Shown: one piece after another, positions 8,939-18,190 of the stretch
Layout: each line of letters begins with the position of its first letter
How positions within the stretch are numbered: the stretch's first letter is position 1
From: Candidatus Fimenecus sp.
Lineage (GTDB): Bacteria > Bacillota > Clostridia > Oscillospirales > Acutalibacteraceae
NCBI GenBank assembly: GCA_045533355.1
Contig: JAZSHP010000005.1
Location: forward strand, 1,036-65,035
Direction of reading: 5' to 3'
Length of the DNA stretch: 64,000 bases
Notes under the pieces: model-generated
What the model saw: the letters and a program-made list of their open reading frames with translations, nothing else
The model's database searches: none
Told to the model about the DNA's origin: nothing
Translations under genes and position numbers: made by a program

Positions 8939-10252
8939 TCTCTGGAATAATCCCGAATTGGAGTGAAGTACTACTCTATCAGATATGAGGAGATTTCCAT
9001 CAGCATCACAAAGCTGTGCAATGAAGAGTGTATCACCATTCTTTTTTGCGGTAACTAATAAATCATTACCATCAGCTTCACTAGAAAAATTATTGTTGTA
9101 TGGTATCCATTGCACATATGAACCTTCAGGTGCAGTGCCATCAACAATTGCGTGAAGAATAATTCCATCTTTGTTGCGGATTGTTGTTTGTGACGGATAT
9201 TGAATATAAAACATGTACTCATCATCCGGAACAACGATTTCTGATTTAGGATTAAATTTTAAAGCGGGTCGAACCCCTAAATAAGTAGAATCGGTAATGC
9301 CATAGTAATAGAAATACTCGCCGGTCTCGCTGACTAAACACATACAAGAAGATTGACTGCTAGGTGAACGCAGGAACCAAGCATTTCCACCCTTGGAATA
9401 AAGTCCCTGACATTTTGCATAATCAGTCCCCTGAGCTTGACGAGCAATATCGCATTCACTTGCGTCTGAAGAGAACCCATATTCACCCTTATTCATTTCA
9501 TCAAATGAAAGTAGAAAAACTTTGTCATAAGTTGCATCACTGTCATAGGCTGCATCCACATCGCTACTGTTATCCAACATTGATTCCTTAATTTCAGATT
9601 TTTCCTCATCTGTAAAAGCAGTGTTATAGAAATCATTGTTTAGCCAAGCTCTTATTGAACTTGTTGCATAATCATTTGCATAATTTTCACATAATGAATT
9701 TTTATACCATTCTTTATAAACACTATCATAATAAATTGTGTTATTGTATGCCTGTGAGTCAATTATGCTTTCACACATAATGAATCCCTCATCAGGGTCA
9801 AGTACACGCCACTCCAAAGGCTCATACTTGAACCAATAAACAGTATCGGTATAATATCCGTTATCATTCTGATATGATAAGCTATCAAAACTTAAATGTC
9901 CTGTGTCATAAGGTCTGTACTGTGTGAATGTAACTGCGCGATATTTATTGCCGTCATATGTAATATCGGCATACTTCATATAGTCACTTGGTTGCATCTT
10001 GCCGTCATCATAGTAACCTGTACCTGTGTAATAATCATATGAAATCCAAGTTTTAGATGATGAATTCAATGCAGAAATAAGGTCTGAATCCGTTACTTCA
10101 CTTTGCGGATATGAACCAAACTCAATGATATCGCCAACTGAATAGTTATATGTTTCTTTGGCATTCGCAACTATCCCAAGCACTGGTAAGCCTGTTATTA
10201 TCACTGCAAGTGATAACATAATTGATAAAATTTTAGTAATTGTTTTTTTCAT
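8885..10252 (-). CDS. Secreted DUF6273-like protein carrying the island-specific C-terminal module
   Basis: ATG at 10252 is preceded by AAGGA; the ORF-track start at 10294 is an extension. It has a signal peptide (MKKTITKILSIMLSLAVIITGLPVLGIVANA), the motif GDIIEFGSYPQSEV, and a C-terminus ending GLTNIYEY. Confidence 0.75.
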   Translation of the reverse strand: MKKTITKILSIMLSLAVIITGLPVLGIVANAKETYNYSVGDIIEFGSYPQSEVTDSDLISALNSSSKTWISYDYYTGTGYYDDGKMQPSDYMKYADITYDGNKYRAVTFTQYRPYDTGHLSFDSLSYQNDNGYYTDTVYWFKYEPLEWRVLDPDEGFIMCESIIDSQAYNNTIYYDSVYKEWYKNSLCENYANDYATSSIRAWLNNDFYNTAFTDEEKSEIKESMLDNSSDVDAAYDSDATYDKVFLLSFDEMNKGEYGFSSDASECDIARQAQGTDYAKCQGLYSKGGNAWFLRSPSSQSSCMCLVSETGEYFYYYGITDSTYLGVRPALKFNPKSEIVVPDDEYMFYIQYPSQTTIRNKDGIILHAIVDGTAPEGSYVQWIPYNNNFSSEADGNDLLVTAKKNGDTLFIAQLCDADGNLLISDRVVLHSNSGLFQRILGFFRSLFGLTNIYEY

Positions 10253-10543
10253 AATAATTATCCTTCTTATGCGATTTATAATCATAATTACCAATCTTAC
10301 AACTAAATGATATATGAAAGATGTGTATTCTTTGTATTGACTTAAATATATAAAATAAAACTCTTTATATCAAATTTGATTATTTCTTTTAGAATCAATA
10401 AGGAACTAATTATTTACTATATACTAACAAATACAAGTCGTTGTGTTTTATCTTTCATACATATATTGCAAATTAAGTAATATCGACATGTTTTTTCGAC
10501 TTTTAATTCTATTGTTTTTCTTATAATAATTCTATTTTATATT

Positions 10544-11551
10544 TTATAATCCTAACTCATTTTTTCGATTTTCAACTGTTTCTTGTCTGAACACAGCCGG
10601 TGTTTTCCCTGTAGCCTTTTTAAATGCTCTGCTGAAATGCTGAACAGTTTTAAATCCGGAAAGGGCAGCAACTTCTTTTATGGGAATTCCTGTAAAGGTA
10701 AGTTCCTTTTTGGCAACCTTTATTCTGTGCTGCATTAAATATTCCATAATCGTTAATCCTAAATGCTGTTTTGATAGCTCTGTTAATGTTGTGTGATTAA
10801 TGCCGGCCGCATTGCTGATTTGCATAAGAGTCAAGTCTTTCATATAATTTGATTCAATAAAAACAATTGCATCATTCAATCTTACATCATAGATTTCCTT
10901 TTCAGATTCTTTTGTTTCAACAGGTTTTTCGTACCCGAAAATATCGTACATTCGTTCCAGAGCCATTATGATAAGCAAAAAATGCGAGCGTCCTCTGCAG
11001 GACCAATACCAATCACGCTGTTCTGACAACTCACGTTCCATTTGAATGCATGCATCATCGACCGTGTTTATGTAACTTTCACAAATCGGCACACAATAAC
11101 ATTTATCAAGAAACGGTTTTAACATAAACATATCGTGAGTAATTGCAATATCTCTGTACCTTTTAGAACGCAAAAGTTTAAAAGTCATATTTACATTGAG
11201 ATAATTAGGATGAAAATATATGCAATAATGGTCTGCATTATTATTTGAAACGAAAACAGGGTTTTCCGTTTCATCAAAACAAATAAATGAGGGACCAAAA
11301 AAAACATTTTTCATACCTTCTATATAAAATGTTAGAGAACCGCTTTTCAAAAATATTAGTAGGAAACACTGCCCTTTTATATCTATGCTTTTTAAAGAAT
11401 CGTTTTTCCTACATTCTACATTAGCAATTTTATTAGCATTATATTTTTTTCCAACTGTCACATGATTCAGGCTTATTCCCTCTTTTTTTATCTCTTCTTC
11501 ATTGATAACCTTGTTGATATTGCGCTTTCTGCCTATTAAAATATGTTTCAT
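10544..11551 (-). CDS. AraC-family transcriptional regulator
   Basis: ATG at 11551 is preceded by GGAGG. The C-terminal double HTH has AraC hallmarks (LTLMQISNAAGINHTTLTELSKQHLG..., FKTVQHFSRAFKKATGKTP). Confidence 0.85.
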   Translation of the reverse strand: MKHILIGRKRNINKVINEEEIKKEGISLNHVTVGKKYNANKIANVECRKNDSLKSIDIKGQCFLLIFLKSGSLTFYIEGMKNVFFGPSFICFDETENPVFVSNNNADHYCIYFHPNYLNVNMTFKLLRSKRYRDIAITHDMFMLKPFLDKCYCVPICESYINTVDDACIQMERELSEQRDWYWSCRGRSHFLLIIMALERMYDIFGYEKPVETKESEKEIYDVRLNDAIVFIESNYMKDLTLMQISNAAGINHTTLTELSKQHLGLTIMEYLMQHRIKVAKKELTFTGIPIKEVAALSGFKTVQHFSRAFKKATGKTPAVFRQETVENRKNELGL

Positions 11552-11989
11552 ATTCGTTACCTCCGACAAGAACAATTCTATCATAAGAGATATTAAAAAA
11601 ACAACTTTTGTGTTTTGCATTAAATTAAATATCTTTTATCTATAATTAAAATTACATCTCAAATCGACATTTTAGAAAGTTTTTGCTCTATAATATGGAG
11701 ATTTTTCTATATTAATATCTCTTTTGTTGAACAAAAAGCAAATAGTGTAACGTTTATAACAAAAACAGTAAACAAAATTATGAAACAAAGATGTATTTTA
11801 TTATTTGGTCATTCTAACAACTAGAACAATGATCATAGAGAAATTTACATAATCTTAAATGCTACATACAATCAAATCTCTATAGTCACCTATAACCATT
11901 GGCTTTTATAAGCAAATGGTTATAGGTTTGATAAACAATTCTAATGATAAGGCACTTAATACTGAAGATTATTTACCAATTTGACGATA

Positions 11990-12015
11990 CCAAAAGCAGG
12001 GGTCAAATTCCCTGC
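11990..12015 (-). terminator. Putative intrinsic terminator after tnpV
   Basis: On the minus strand the sequence reads GCAGGG-aatttgac-CCCTGC followed by TTTTGG. It begins 9 nt after the stop codon. Confidence 0.45.
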
Positions 12016-12023
12016 CTTGTACT

Positions 12024-12389
12024 TTATCCATATGTTATATCATTCAAAACAAGCTCCATTGCCCGTGCTGAAATATTACTTATTTCCTGCAACCATTCCA
12101 TTTGGTTTTCTGTTTTTAATTGTTCTGTTATGTTTTCTTTTTGTTTCATTTGTTCAACGAGAGTTTCAAACATCTTCTGTGCTTGGATGTCAATATCAGC
12201 AAGGTATTGCCAAAGTTTACCTTGTGCAAGAAGTATTGCAAATACGATAGGTTTGTGCTTTTGTAAATAGTTCTTGTGTAACATCCCCCACTTGTCTAGT
12301 TTGACATTTGTTTCTTCAGGTGATAATGTGAGATTAGGAATGTTATAATCTCTGACTTGACGATAGGTAATTGAAATGTTTGTTGACAT
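12024..12389 (-). CDS. tnpV: TnpV-family protein (accessory protein of Tn4451-like/ICE elements), orphan copy
   Basis: 121 aa. The pattern ITY..V.DY.IPNL...WG.LH..YL..HKP......L..GKL..YLADID.QA..MFE.LV.QM......TEQLK..NQMEW matches the TnpV family as I recall it. Confidence 0.7.
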   Translation of the reverse strand: MSTNISITYRQVRDYNIPNLTLSPEETNVKLDKWGMLHKNYLQKHKPIVFAILLAQGKLWQYLADIDIQAQKMFETLVEQMKQKENITEQLKTENQMEWLQEISNISARAMELVLNDITYG

Positions 12390-12469
12390 AAAACAGCCTC
12401 CTTTAATTTTGTAACTTCATTGTACAAGCTAAAGGAGAATGTGTCGGATGTGTGGATTAAATTAAACAT

Positions 12470-12512
12470 AAAAAAGAGACTGTTTCCAGAAATCAATCTG
12501 ATAACAGTCTCT
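12470..12512 (-). terminator. Intrinsic terminator downstream of lysS (hairpin usable in both directions)
   Basis: A perfect 10-bp stem (12475-12484 with 12503-12512, AGAGACTGTT/AACAGTCTCT) is followed on the minus strand by TTTTTTAT. A T-run is also present on the plus side (12513-12523). Confidence 0.6.
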
Positions 12513-12667
12513 GATTCTTTTTTATAGCTTACATCAAAAATTTAAAGAATATTTATCCTTTACACATTTTTATGCATCAATTGATGTAAAATTGATGTAA
12601 GATGTAAGTTTTTCCAAATTAACTATCTCTCTAAACCCTTGATGTTACGTGGTTTTACGCAGTGTTA

Positions 12668-14161
12668 TTAGTCAAGTGGTTTCATTGTTGGGAACAAGAT
12701 TACGTCACGGATTGCCTGACTGTCTGTAAGTAACATTGTCATACGGTCGATACCGAAACCGATACCACCTGTTGGAGGCATACCGAGTTCAAGTGCATAG
12801 AGGAAGTCTTCGTCTGTTGTGTTAGCTTCTTCGTCACCGAGAGCTAAAAGCTCTTCCTGTGCCTTGAATCTTTCTCTTTGGTCAATTGGGTCATTAAGCT
12901 CTGAATAAGCATTTGCCATTTCCCAACCGTTCATAAAGAACTCAAAACGTTCAACATAGTTAGGGTCCTCAGGCTTTTTCTTTGTAAGCGGAGAAATCTC
13001 GATTGGGTGGTCCATAACAAATGTTGGCTGAACAAGGTGTTCTTCAACAAATTCTTCAAAAAAGAGATTGAGAATATCACCCTTCTTATGATGCTTTTCA
13101 CATTCAACGTGATGCTCTTTTGCAACTGCATGAGCTTCTTCATCACTGTTGATTTCGTTAAAGTCAACACCTGAATACTTCTTAACAGCATCAAGCATTG
13201 TGATTCTTTCGAATGGTTTACCTAAATCCATTTCAATTCCGTTGAATACGATTTTAGTTGTGCCAAGAACTTCCTGAGCAACATAACGGTAAAGATTTTC
13301 TGTTAAATCCATCATACCGTGGTAGTCAGTGTATGCCTGATAAAGCTCCATAAGAGTAAATTCAGGGTTATGTCTTGTATCAAGACCTTCATTACGGAAA
13401 ACACGACCGATTTCGTAAACTCTTTCCATACCGCCAACGATAAGTCTCTTTAAGTAAAGTTCAAGTGAGATACGGAGTTTGATATCTGTATCAAGTGCGT
13501 TGAAGTGAGTTTCAAATGGTCTTGCTGCTGCACCACCTGCATTGTAAACAAGCATTGGTGTTTCAACTTCCATAAAGCCTTCACCGTCAAGGTACTTACG
13601 AACTGCGCTGATAATCTTTGAACGATTGATAAGAGTCTGTTTTGATTCCTGATTCATAATAAGGTCAATATAACGCTGACGATATCTCATATCAGTATTT
13701 GTAAGACCATGGAACTTTTCAGGAAGAATCTGCAAGCTCTTTGAAAGAAGAGTTACCTGAGTGGCATGAATAGAAATCTCACCTGTTTTTGTTCTGAAAA
13801 CTTCACCCTCAATACCGATGATATCACCGATATCAAGCTTCTTGAAGCCTTTATATTCTTCTTCACCAATGCTGTCACGAGCCACATAGGACTGAATGTT
13901 ACCCTTAAGGTCCTGAATGTTACAGAATGATGCCTTACCCATAACACGCTTTGACATCATACGACCTGCAACACGTACAACCTTACCTTCAAGCTCGTCA
14001 AAGTTATCCTTAACATCAGCACTGTGATGTGTCTGGTCATATTTTGTAATTACAAATGGGTCCTTACCCTCTTCCTGTAATGCCTTGAGCTTTTCCTGAC
14101 GGATTCTCTGCTGTTCACCTAAATCGAGTTCAGGCTGATTCTGCTTAATATTTTCTGCCAT
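12668..14161 (-). CDS. lysS: Lysine--tRNA ligase (class II)
   Basis: Full-length LysS-like sequence with an OB anticodon-binding domain and class II motifs (FRNEG, GGIGFGIDR). ATG at 14161 is preceded by AAGGTGAAGGA. The ORF-track start at 14203 would overlap greA. Confidence 0.95.
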   Translation of the reverse strand: MAENIKQNQPELDLGEQQRIRQEKLKALQEEGKDPFVITKYDQTHHSADVKDNFDELEGKVVRVAGRMMSKRVMGKASFCNIQDLKGNIQSYVARDSIGEEEYKGFKKLDIGDIIGIEGEVFRTKTGEISIHATQVTLLSKSLQILPEKFHGLTNTDMRYRQRYIDLIMNQESKQTLINRSKIISAVRKYLDGEGFMEVETPMLVYNAGGAAARPFETHFNALDTDIKLRISLELYLKRLIVGGMERVYEIGRVFRNEGLDTRHNPEFTLMELYQAYTDYHGMMDLTENLYRYVAQEVLGTTKIVFNGIEMDLGKPFERITMLDAVKKYSGVDFNEINSDEEAHAVAKEHHVECEKHHKKGDILNLFFEEFVEEHLVQPTFVMDHPIEISPLTKKKPEDPNYVERFEFFMNGWEMANAYSELNDPIDQRERFKAQEELLALGDEEANTTDEDFLYALELGMPPTGGIGFGIDRMTMLLTDSQAIRDVILFPTMKPLD

Positions 14162-14171
14162 TTCCTTCACC

Positions 14172-14639
14172 TTATCTTGTGATTTCTGTGATTTTGAATT
14201 CAAGTGTGCCTGATGGTACTTCGATTGTTACTTTATCGCCCTTTTTGTGACCGATAAGTGCTTTACCAACAGGTGATTCGTCTGAAATTTTGCCTGCAGC
14301 AGGGTCTGCCTGAGCAAAACCAACGATTGTGTAAGTATATGTCTTTTTCTTTTTATCTGTAAGCTTTACAGTTGAACCGATATGAACATTTTCATTGCCG
14401 AGAGCATCAATGTCAAGAACCTTTGCAGTTTTGAGAATGTGTTCGATTTCACTGATACGAGCTTCGAGCTTAGCCTGGTCATTCATAGCCTCGTCATATT
14501 CACTGTTTTCTGACAAGTCACCAAAGCTCTTTGCAAGTTTGATTTTTTCAGCAGCTTCCTTTCTGCCTTCTACCTTTAATTGCTCAAGTTCAGCCTCAAG
14601 CTCTCTGAGACCTTCTATTGTAAGTAATGTTTCTGCCAT
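14172..14639 (-). CDS. greA: Transcription elongation factor GreA
   Basis: 155 aa with an N-terminal coiled coil containing DLSENSEYD and a C-terminal globular domain. Confidence 0.95.
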   Translation of the reverse strand: MAETLLTIEGLRELEAELEQLKVEGRKEAAEKIKLAKSFGDLSENSEYDEAMNDQAKLEARISEIEHILKTAKVLDIDALGNENVHIGSTVKLTDKKKKTYTYTIVGFAQADPAAGKISDESPVGKALIGHKKGDKVTIEVPSGTLEFKITEITR

Positions 14640-14735
14640 TTTTTAAAACTCCTTATATTCGGATTTTGGGCATAACTAAACAAGCAGTTATACTGCCCCA
14701 ATTAGCCTATATTATATTAAATAATTCCATTTGTG

Positions 14736-15500
14736 TCAAGAGAAATGAATGTCCCACAAGCACTTTTTTTCTTTATTTACCGTAATCGAATCAAAAAAAC
14801 ATTCTTCTAACGAAAACACACCGCAAAGTTCATATAGTGCAGAATAAAAGTTATACTTTTCAACTCTGTCAGGCAAAAGCTTTTCATACATCTCCGGAAC
14901 ATGAAAATCCGAGCCTTCAAATATGTTTAAGTTTTGATTTTCGCAAACTACTGTCATAACATTTTTATTGGCATTTATTTTTACTGTTGCGTTTGAATCA
15001 GAATCCGTCAATACCGGACACAAACCGATATTCTCTGTTATTTCTTCGCAGATATCATAATACTTTTCTTTTTCCAAAGTTGATATTGCGAGACTTGAGG
15101 CATATTCCGAAAGCTTTTTGGTGAAATCTGTATATTTTCCATTAACATCCGAAATAAAAATACTCATAGGCTTGTGTTTCAGATTATTTGTGATTATTTT
15201 TAAGAAGGTATTTTTCATCATTTTGTCATATAACACATTACTTTTAAAAAAGCCTAAATTCATTCCTTCCGGCAGGTCAACATACTCTGTCGTAACCATT
15301 CGTCCGGCACACTTTCCAACCTCCGAAATAACATTTTCCCAACAAATCCCCTTTTTACCCACATAAACATCCAGCAAATAAAATGGTGCACCTTTAAACA
15401 CCGGTATAGTCTGAAGATTATACCGGTCTTTTATCAAACCACCAAAGATTTTTTCAAAAAAGGTATTTTCTCTCCTATTCACATTCAATACACAAAACAT
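14736..15500 (-). CDS. Hypothetical protein, no recognisable domain
   Basis: ATG at 15500 is preceded by AGGAGG at 8-nt spacing; the ORF-track GTG at 15518 lies inside the RBS. It is a long uninterrupted ORF in the operon orientation. Confidence 0.6.
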   Translation of the reverse strand: MFCVLNVNRRENTFFEKIFGGLIKDRYNLQTIPVFKGAPFYLLDVYVGKKGICWENVISEVGKCAGRMVTTEYVDLPEGMNLGFFKSNVLYDKMMKNTFLKIITNNLKHKPMSIFISDVNGKYTDFTKKLSEYASSLAISTLEKEKYYDICEEITENIGLCPVLTDSDSNATVKINANKNVMTVVCENQNLNIFEGSDFHVPEMYEKLLPDRVEKYNFYSALYELCGVFSLEECFFDSITVNKEKKCLWDIHFS

Positions 15501-15548
15501 AAAAAAATCCTCCTGCACTATGTTATGCAGAAGGAATATATTTTATTT

Positions 15549-16748
15549 TCAGTTATTTAAAAGGCTTAAAGCTTTTTGCAACTGAGCATCTTCCTGTGGT
15601 GTGAGCATTTCAAATCTCGCAGCCTGTTCTTTAGTAAGCTCGACCTTATGGTCAGGCTCAAGTCCGACATCATTGAAGCTTTCGCTCTTATAAGGAAGTA
15701 TATGTGCAACCGTCAAGGCTATTGCACAACCGTCGTCAAGCTCAAATACCTTTTGCATCGTACCATTACCGGCAGTTTTTTCGCCAACAAGCTGTGCCAG
15801 TCCGAAATCTCTTAAATCACAGGCAAAAAGTTCAGCAGCACCTGAGGTTTTTGAATTAACTAAAACAACCATGGATAAATTCACACTATTAGAATCAGAA
15901 GCAAAGGTTTCAATGACTTTTTCGTCCTTATCAACAGCAACAGCTATAGCATTATTACCTTCAGTAGCAACAGGAACAAGAATATCAATGCATTTAGCAA
16001 CATCTGAAATGCTTCCTGTTTCATTATTTCTCACATCAAAGACAACGGAGGTCACTCTGTTTTGATTCATATATTCAACAGCAGTCCTTAACTGGTCAGC
16101 AGTTGTACTGTAAAAATCAGTTATTTTAATATAACCAACATCATTGATTATGTTGTAATAAACTGTCTGTGCAGAATAGCCTCTTCCAACTGAAACAGTT
16201 TTACTTTCTCCTTCGTGAGTAAAAGTTACCTGGGCTTTAGTATATTTTTCACCTTCAAGATTATTGAGAAGTTCTTTGTAGTTTGAGGATGTAACATTTA
16301 CCGAATCAACGGCTGTTATGATGTCACCCTTCTGGATTCCCTGAAGCTGTGCCGGTGAGCCTTCAGAAACCTCGGAAACATACAGGCCGTTACTCTTACT
16401 GTCAAAAACAGCAATAACACCTATTCCCTGCTTGTTACCTATCTGTTCTTCTTTATATTCTTTATAATCATCTTTTGTCATATAATAACTATATTTATCT
16501 TCGATACCGTCGATATATCCCTCGGCAAGTTGCTTTTTGAGAATATCCTCATTGATATCACCATAATAGTTATCACGGATAATTTCATCGATATCTGAAA
16601 TATCTGAATAAATATCGGAGCGATGGTTAAAATCCTTGATTATATCGTTATAAATATCCATAGAAACCAACATTGTTATTGTTACAGACAATGCGATAGC
16701 AAGGAAAATCCAGGACAAAGCAATACCTAATGAAATTTTTTTATTCAC
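15549..16748 (-). CDS. ctpA: S41-family C-terminal processing peptidase with PDZ domain
   Basis: It has an N-terminal TM, a PDZ segment (GSPAQLQGIQKGDIITAVD) and an S41 catalytic region (TSGAAELFA ... Lys region). GTG start with an upstream AAGGA. Confidence 0.85.
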   Translation of the reverse strand: MNKKISLGIALSWIFLAIALSVTITMLVSMDIYNDIIKDFNHRSDIYSDISDIDEIIRDNYYGDINEDILKKQLAEGYIDGIEDKYSYYMTKDDYKEYKEEQIGNKQGIGVIAVFDSKSNGLYVSEVSEGSPAQLQGIQKGDIITAVDSVNVTSSNYKELLNNLEGEKYTKAQVTFTHEGESKTVSVGRGYSAQTVYYNIINDVGYIKITDFYSTTADQLRTAVEYMNQNRVTSVVFDVRNNETGSISDVAKCIDILVPVATEGNNAIAVAVDKDEKVIETFASDSNSVNLSMVVLVNSKTSGAAELFACDLRDFGLAQLVGEKTAGNGTMQKVFELDDGCAIALTVAHILPYKSESFNDVGLEPDHKVELTKEQAARFEMLTPQEDAQLQKALSLLNN

Positions 16749-16831
16749 AGGACATCATCCTTTACTCTGTTAGTTTAAAATTAAGCGAGTATAATCCGGG
16801 ATTATACTCGCCAATCTTTTTTACAGTTAAG

Positions 16832-18190
16832 TTATATAAGTGGGTATGGGAGATAATTTTCAGGGTTAACTCGACTGCCGTTTCTACGCATTTCGAAATG
16901 GAGATGTGCACCGGCAACAGGGTTTGATGCTGATGGACGTGGCCAACAGTTACCTGTATTACCGCAAAGACCAATAACCTGACCCTGAGTAACTCTGGTA
17001 CCAACCGCAACATATCTTGCATCCATATGAGCACAAAGTGAGCTCATACCGTTACCATGGTCGATATTTACATAGTTACCATAAGTTGATGCTGCATAAG
17101 TTGATTTTGTAACAACGCCTGACGCAGCTGCGTAAAGCTTTGCACCCTTTGTTGTATAATAAGTTTTACCATTAACCACTCTGTTCTTAGGAGCAACTAA
17201 GTCAACAGAAGCAGTACCTCTTGCAGAGTGACTTGCAAATGTTGCAGAGTATCTTACTGCACCATCCTGTAAAGGACAGATAAAACCACTTGATGACTTA
17301 CGGAAGCTATGGTTAGTAGGTCCGTTATCAATAATACCGTTACCTGATGAACCTGTGCTACCAATCTGCTGGTCAAGAGATGCAGAGAACTGTGCCTTTT
17401 CCTGTTCTGCCTTTTCAATCAAGCTCTGATAATATGCGTCTTCCTGATTATATTTTTCAAGAATAGTGTTCTGTTTCTTAAGGTTTGCTTCGTTTTCAGA
17501 CTGAGAAATTTCAACGTCCTTTTTCTTAACCTCAAGTACAGCCATTTCTGCCTTATGCTCAGCACGGTCTTCTTCAATAGCTGACTGTTTTTCGTCGATT
17601 TCGTCACGCTTTACATCAAGGTCCTTAATCATAGCTTCAAGCTGGTCAACCAAATCCTGAAGGCTATTGATGATAGCTGTATCACGCTCAGCAACCTGAC
17701 GAAGGAATTCTGTTCTGGCAAGGAAATCTGAAAAGTCAGTTGCACTTAAAAAGATTTCAAGCTCTGATGTTTCACCTGCCATATATGTTGCTCTCATACG
17801 CTTTTTGAGAAGTTCCTGAGCTTCACCAATTTCTATATTCTGTTCATCAACCTGGTCGTTGATGTCTTTGATTTCTGCCTCAAGAGCTTCTATACGCTTT
17901 TCATACTCATCGATTTCAGCAGTTAACTCGTCGATGTTTTTCTGAATCGGAACCATTTCCGCTTCAAGTGCATCGATTTTCTGGTCAAGCAAACGGCTGA
18001 TTTCCTGTAATCTTTCGATTTCTTTTTTTGTATCTTTCTGCTCTGCATCATTTGCAGCCTGCTTCTTTTCAAGCGCGTCAATTTCAGCATTTAACTCTGC
18101 AACAGTTTTTGCAGAAGCTGAGAATGGAATAGCAGTAAAGATGATTGTAAAAGCTATGAGTACAGAAAGTATTTTTGTACTAATTTTCAC
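16832..18190 (-). CDS. Coiled-coil M23/LytM peptidoglycan DD-metalloendopeptidase (EnvC/PcsB-like FtsEX partner)
   Basis: It has a signal/TM segment, a long coiled coil and a C-terminal M23 domain (HxxxD-like YGNYVNIDHGNG, HLHFEM). The GTG start overlaps the ftsX stop by 11 nt. Confidence 0.85.
   Translation of the reverse strand: MKISTKILSVLIAFTIIFTAIPFSASAKTVAELNAEIDALEKKQAANDAEQKDTKKEIERLQEISRLLDQKIDALEAEMVPIQKNIDELTAEIDEYEKRIEALEAEIKDINDQVDEQNIEIGEAQELLKKRMRATYMAGETSELEIFLSATDFSDFLARTEFLRQVAERDTAIINSLQDLVDQLEAMIKDLDVKRDEIDEKQSAIEEDRAEHKAEMAVLEVKKKDVEISQSENEANLKKQNTILEKYNQEDAYYQSLIEKAEQEKAQFSASLDQQIGSTGSSGNGIIDNGPTNHSFRKSSSGFICPLQDGAVRYSATFASHSARGTASVDLVAPKNRVVNGKTYYTTKGAKLYAAASGVVTKSTYAASTYGNYVNIDHGNGMSSLCAHMDARYVAVGTRVTQGQVIGLCGNTGNCWPRPSASNPVAGAHLHFEMRRNGSRVNPENYLPYPLI

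Noticed and set aside
10295-12023. Integrated prophage or ICE around the AraC/TnpV region
   Set aside because: No integrase, recombinase, capsid, relaxase or tRNA attachment site is visible. Only the single tnpV remnant and one inverted repeat are present.
11944-12270. Plus-strand ORFs 11944..12270 and 11981..12250
   Set aside because: They are antisense to the recognisable tnpV gene, and their hydrophobic low-complexity translations have no start context.
14162-14171. Leader/T-box or L-box style regulation upstream of lysS
   Set aside because: lysS starts 10 nt after the greA stop with its RBS inside the greA 3' end. There is no room for a riboswitch or T-box leader.
16762-17034. 90-aa minus-strand ORF overlapping the 3' end of the M23 peptidase gene
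   Set aside because: It is in a different frame within a gene whose M23 motifs (HLHFEM) are encoded in exactly this region. No independent support exists.
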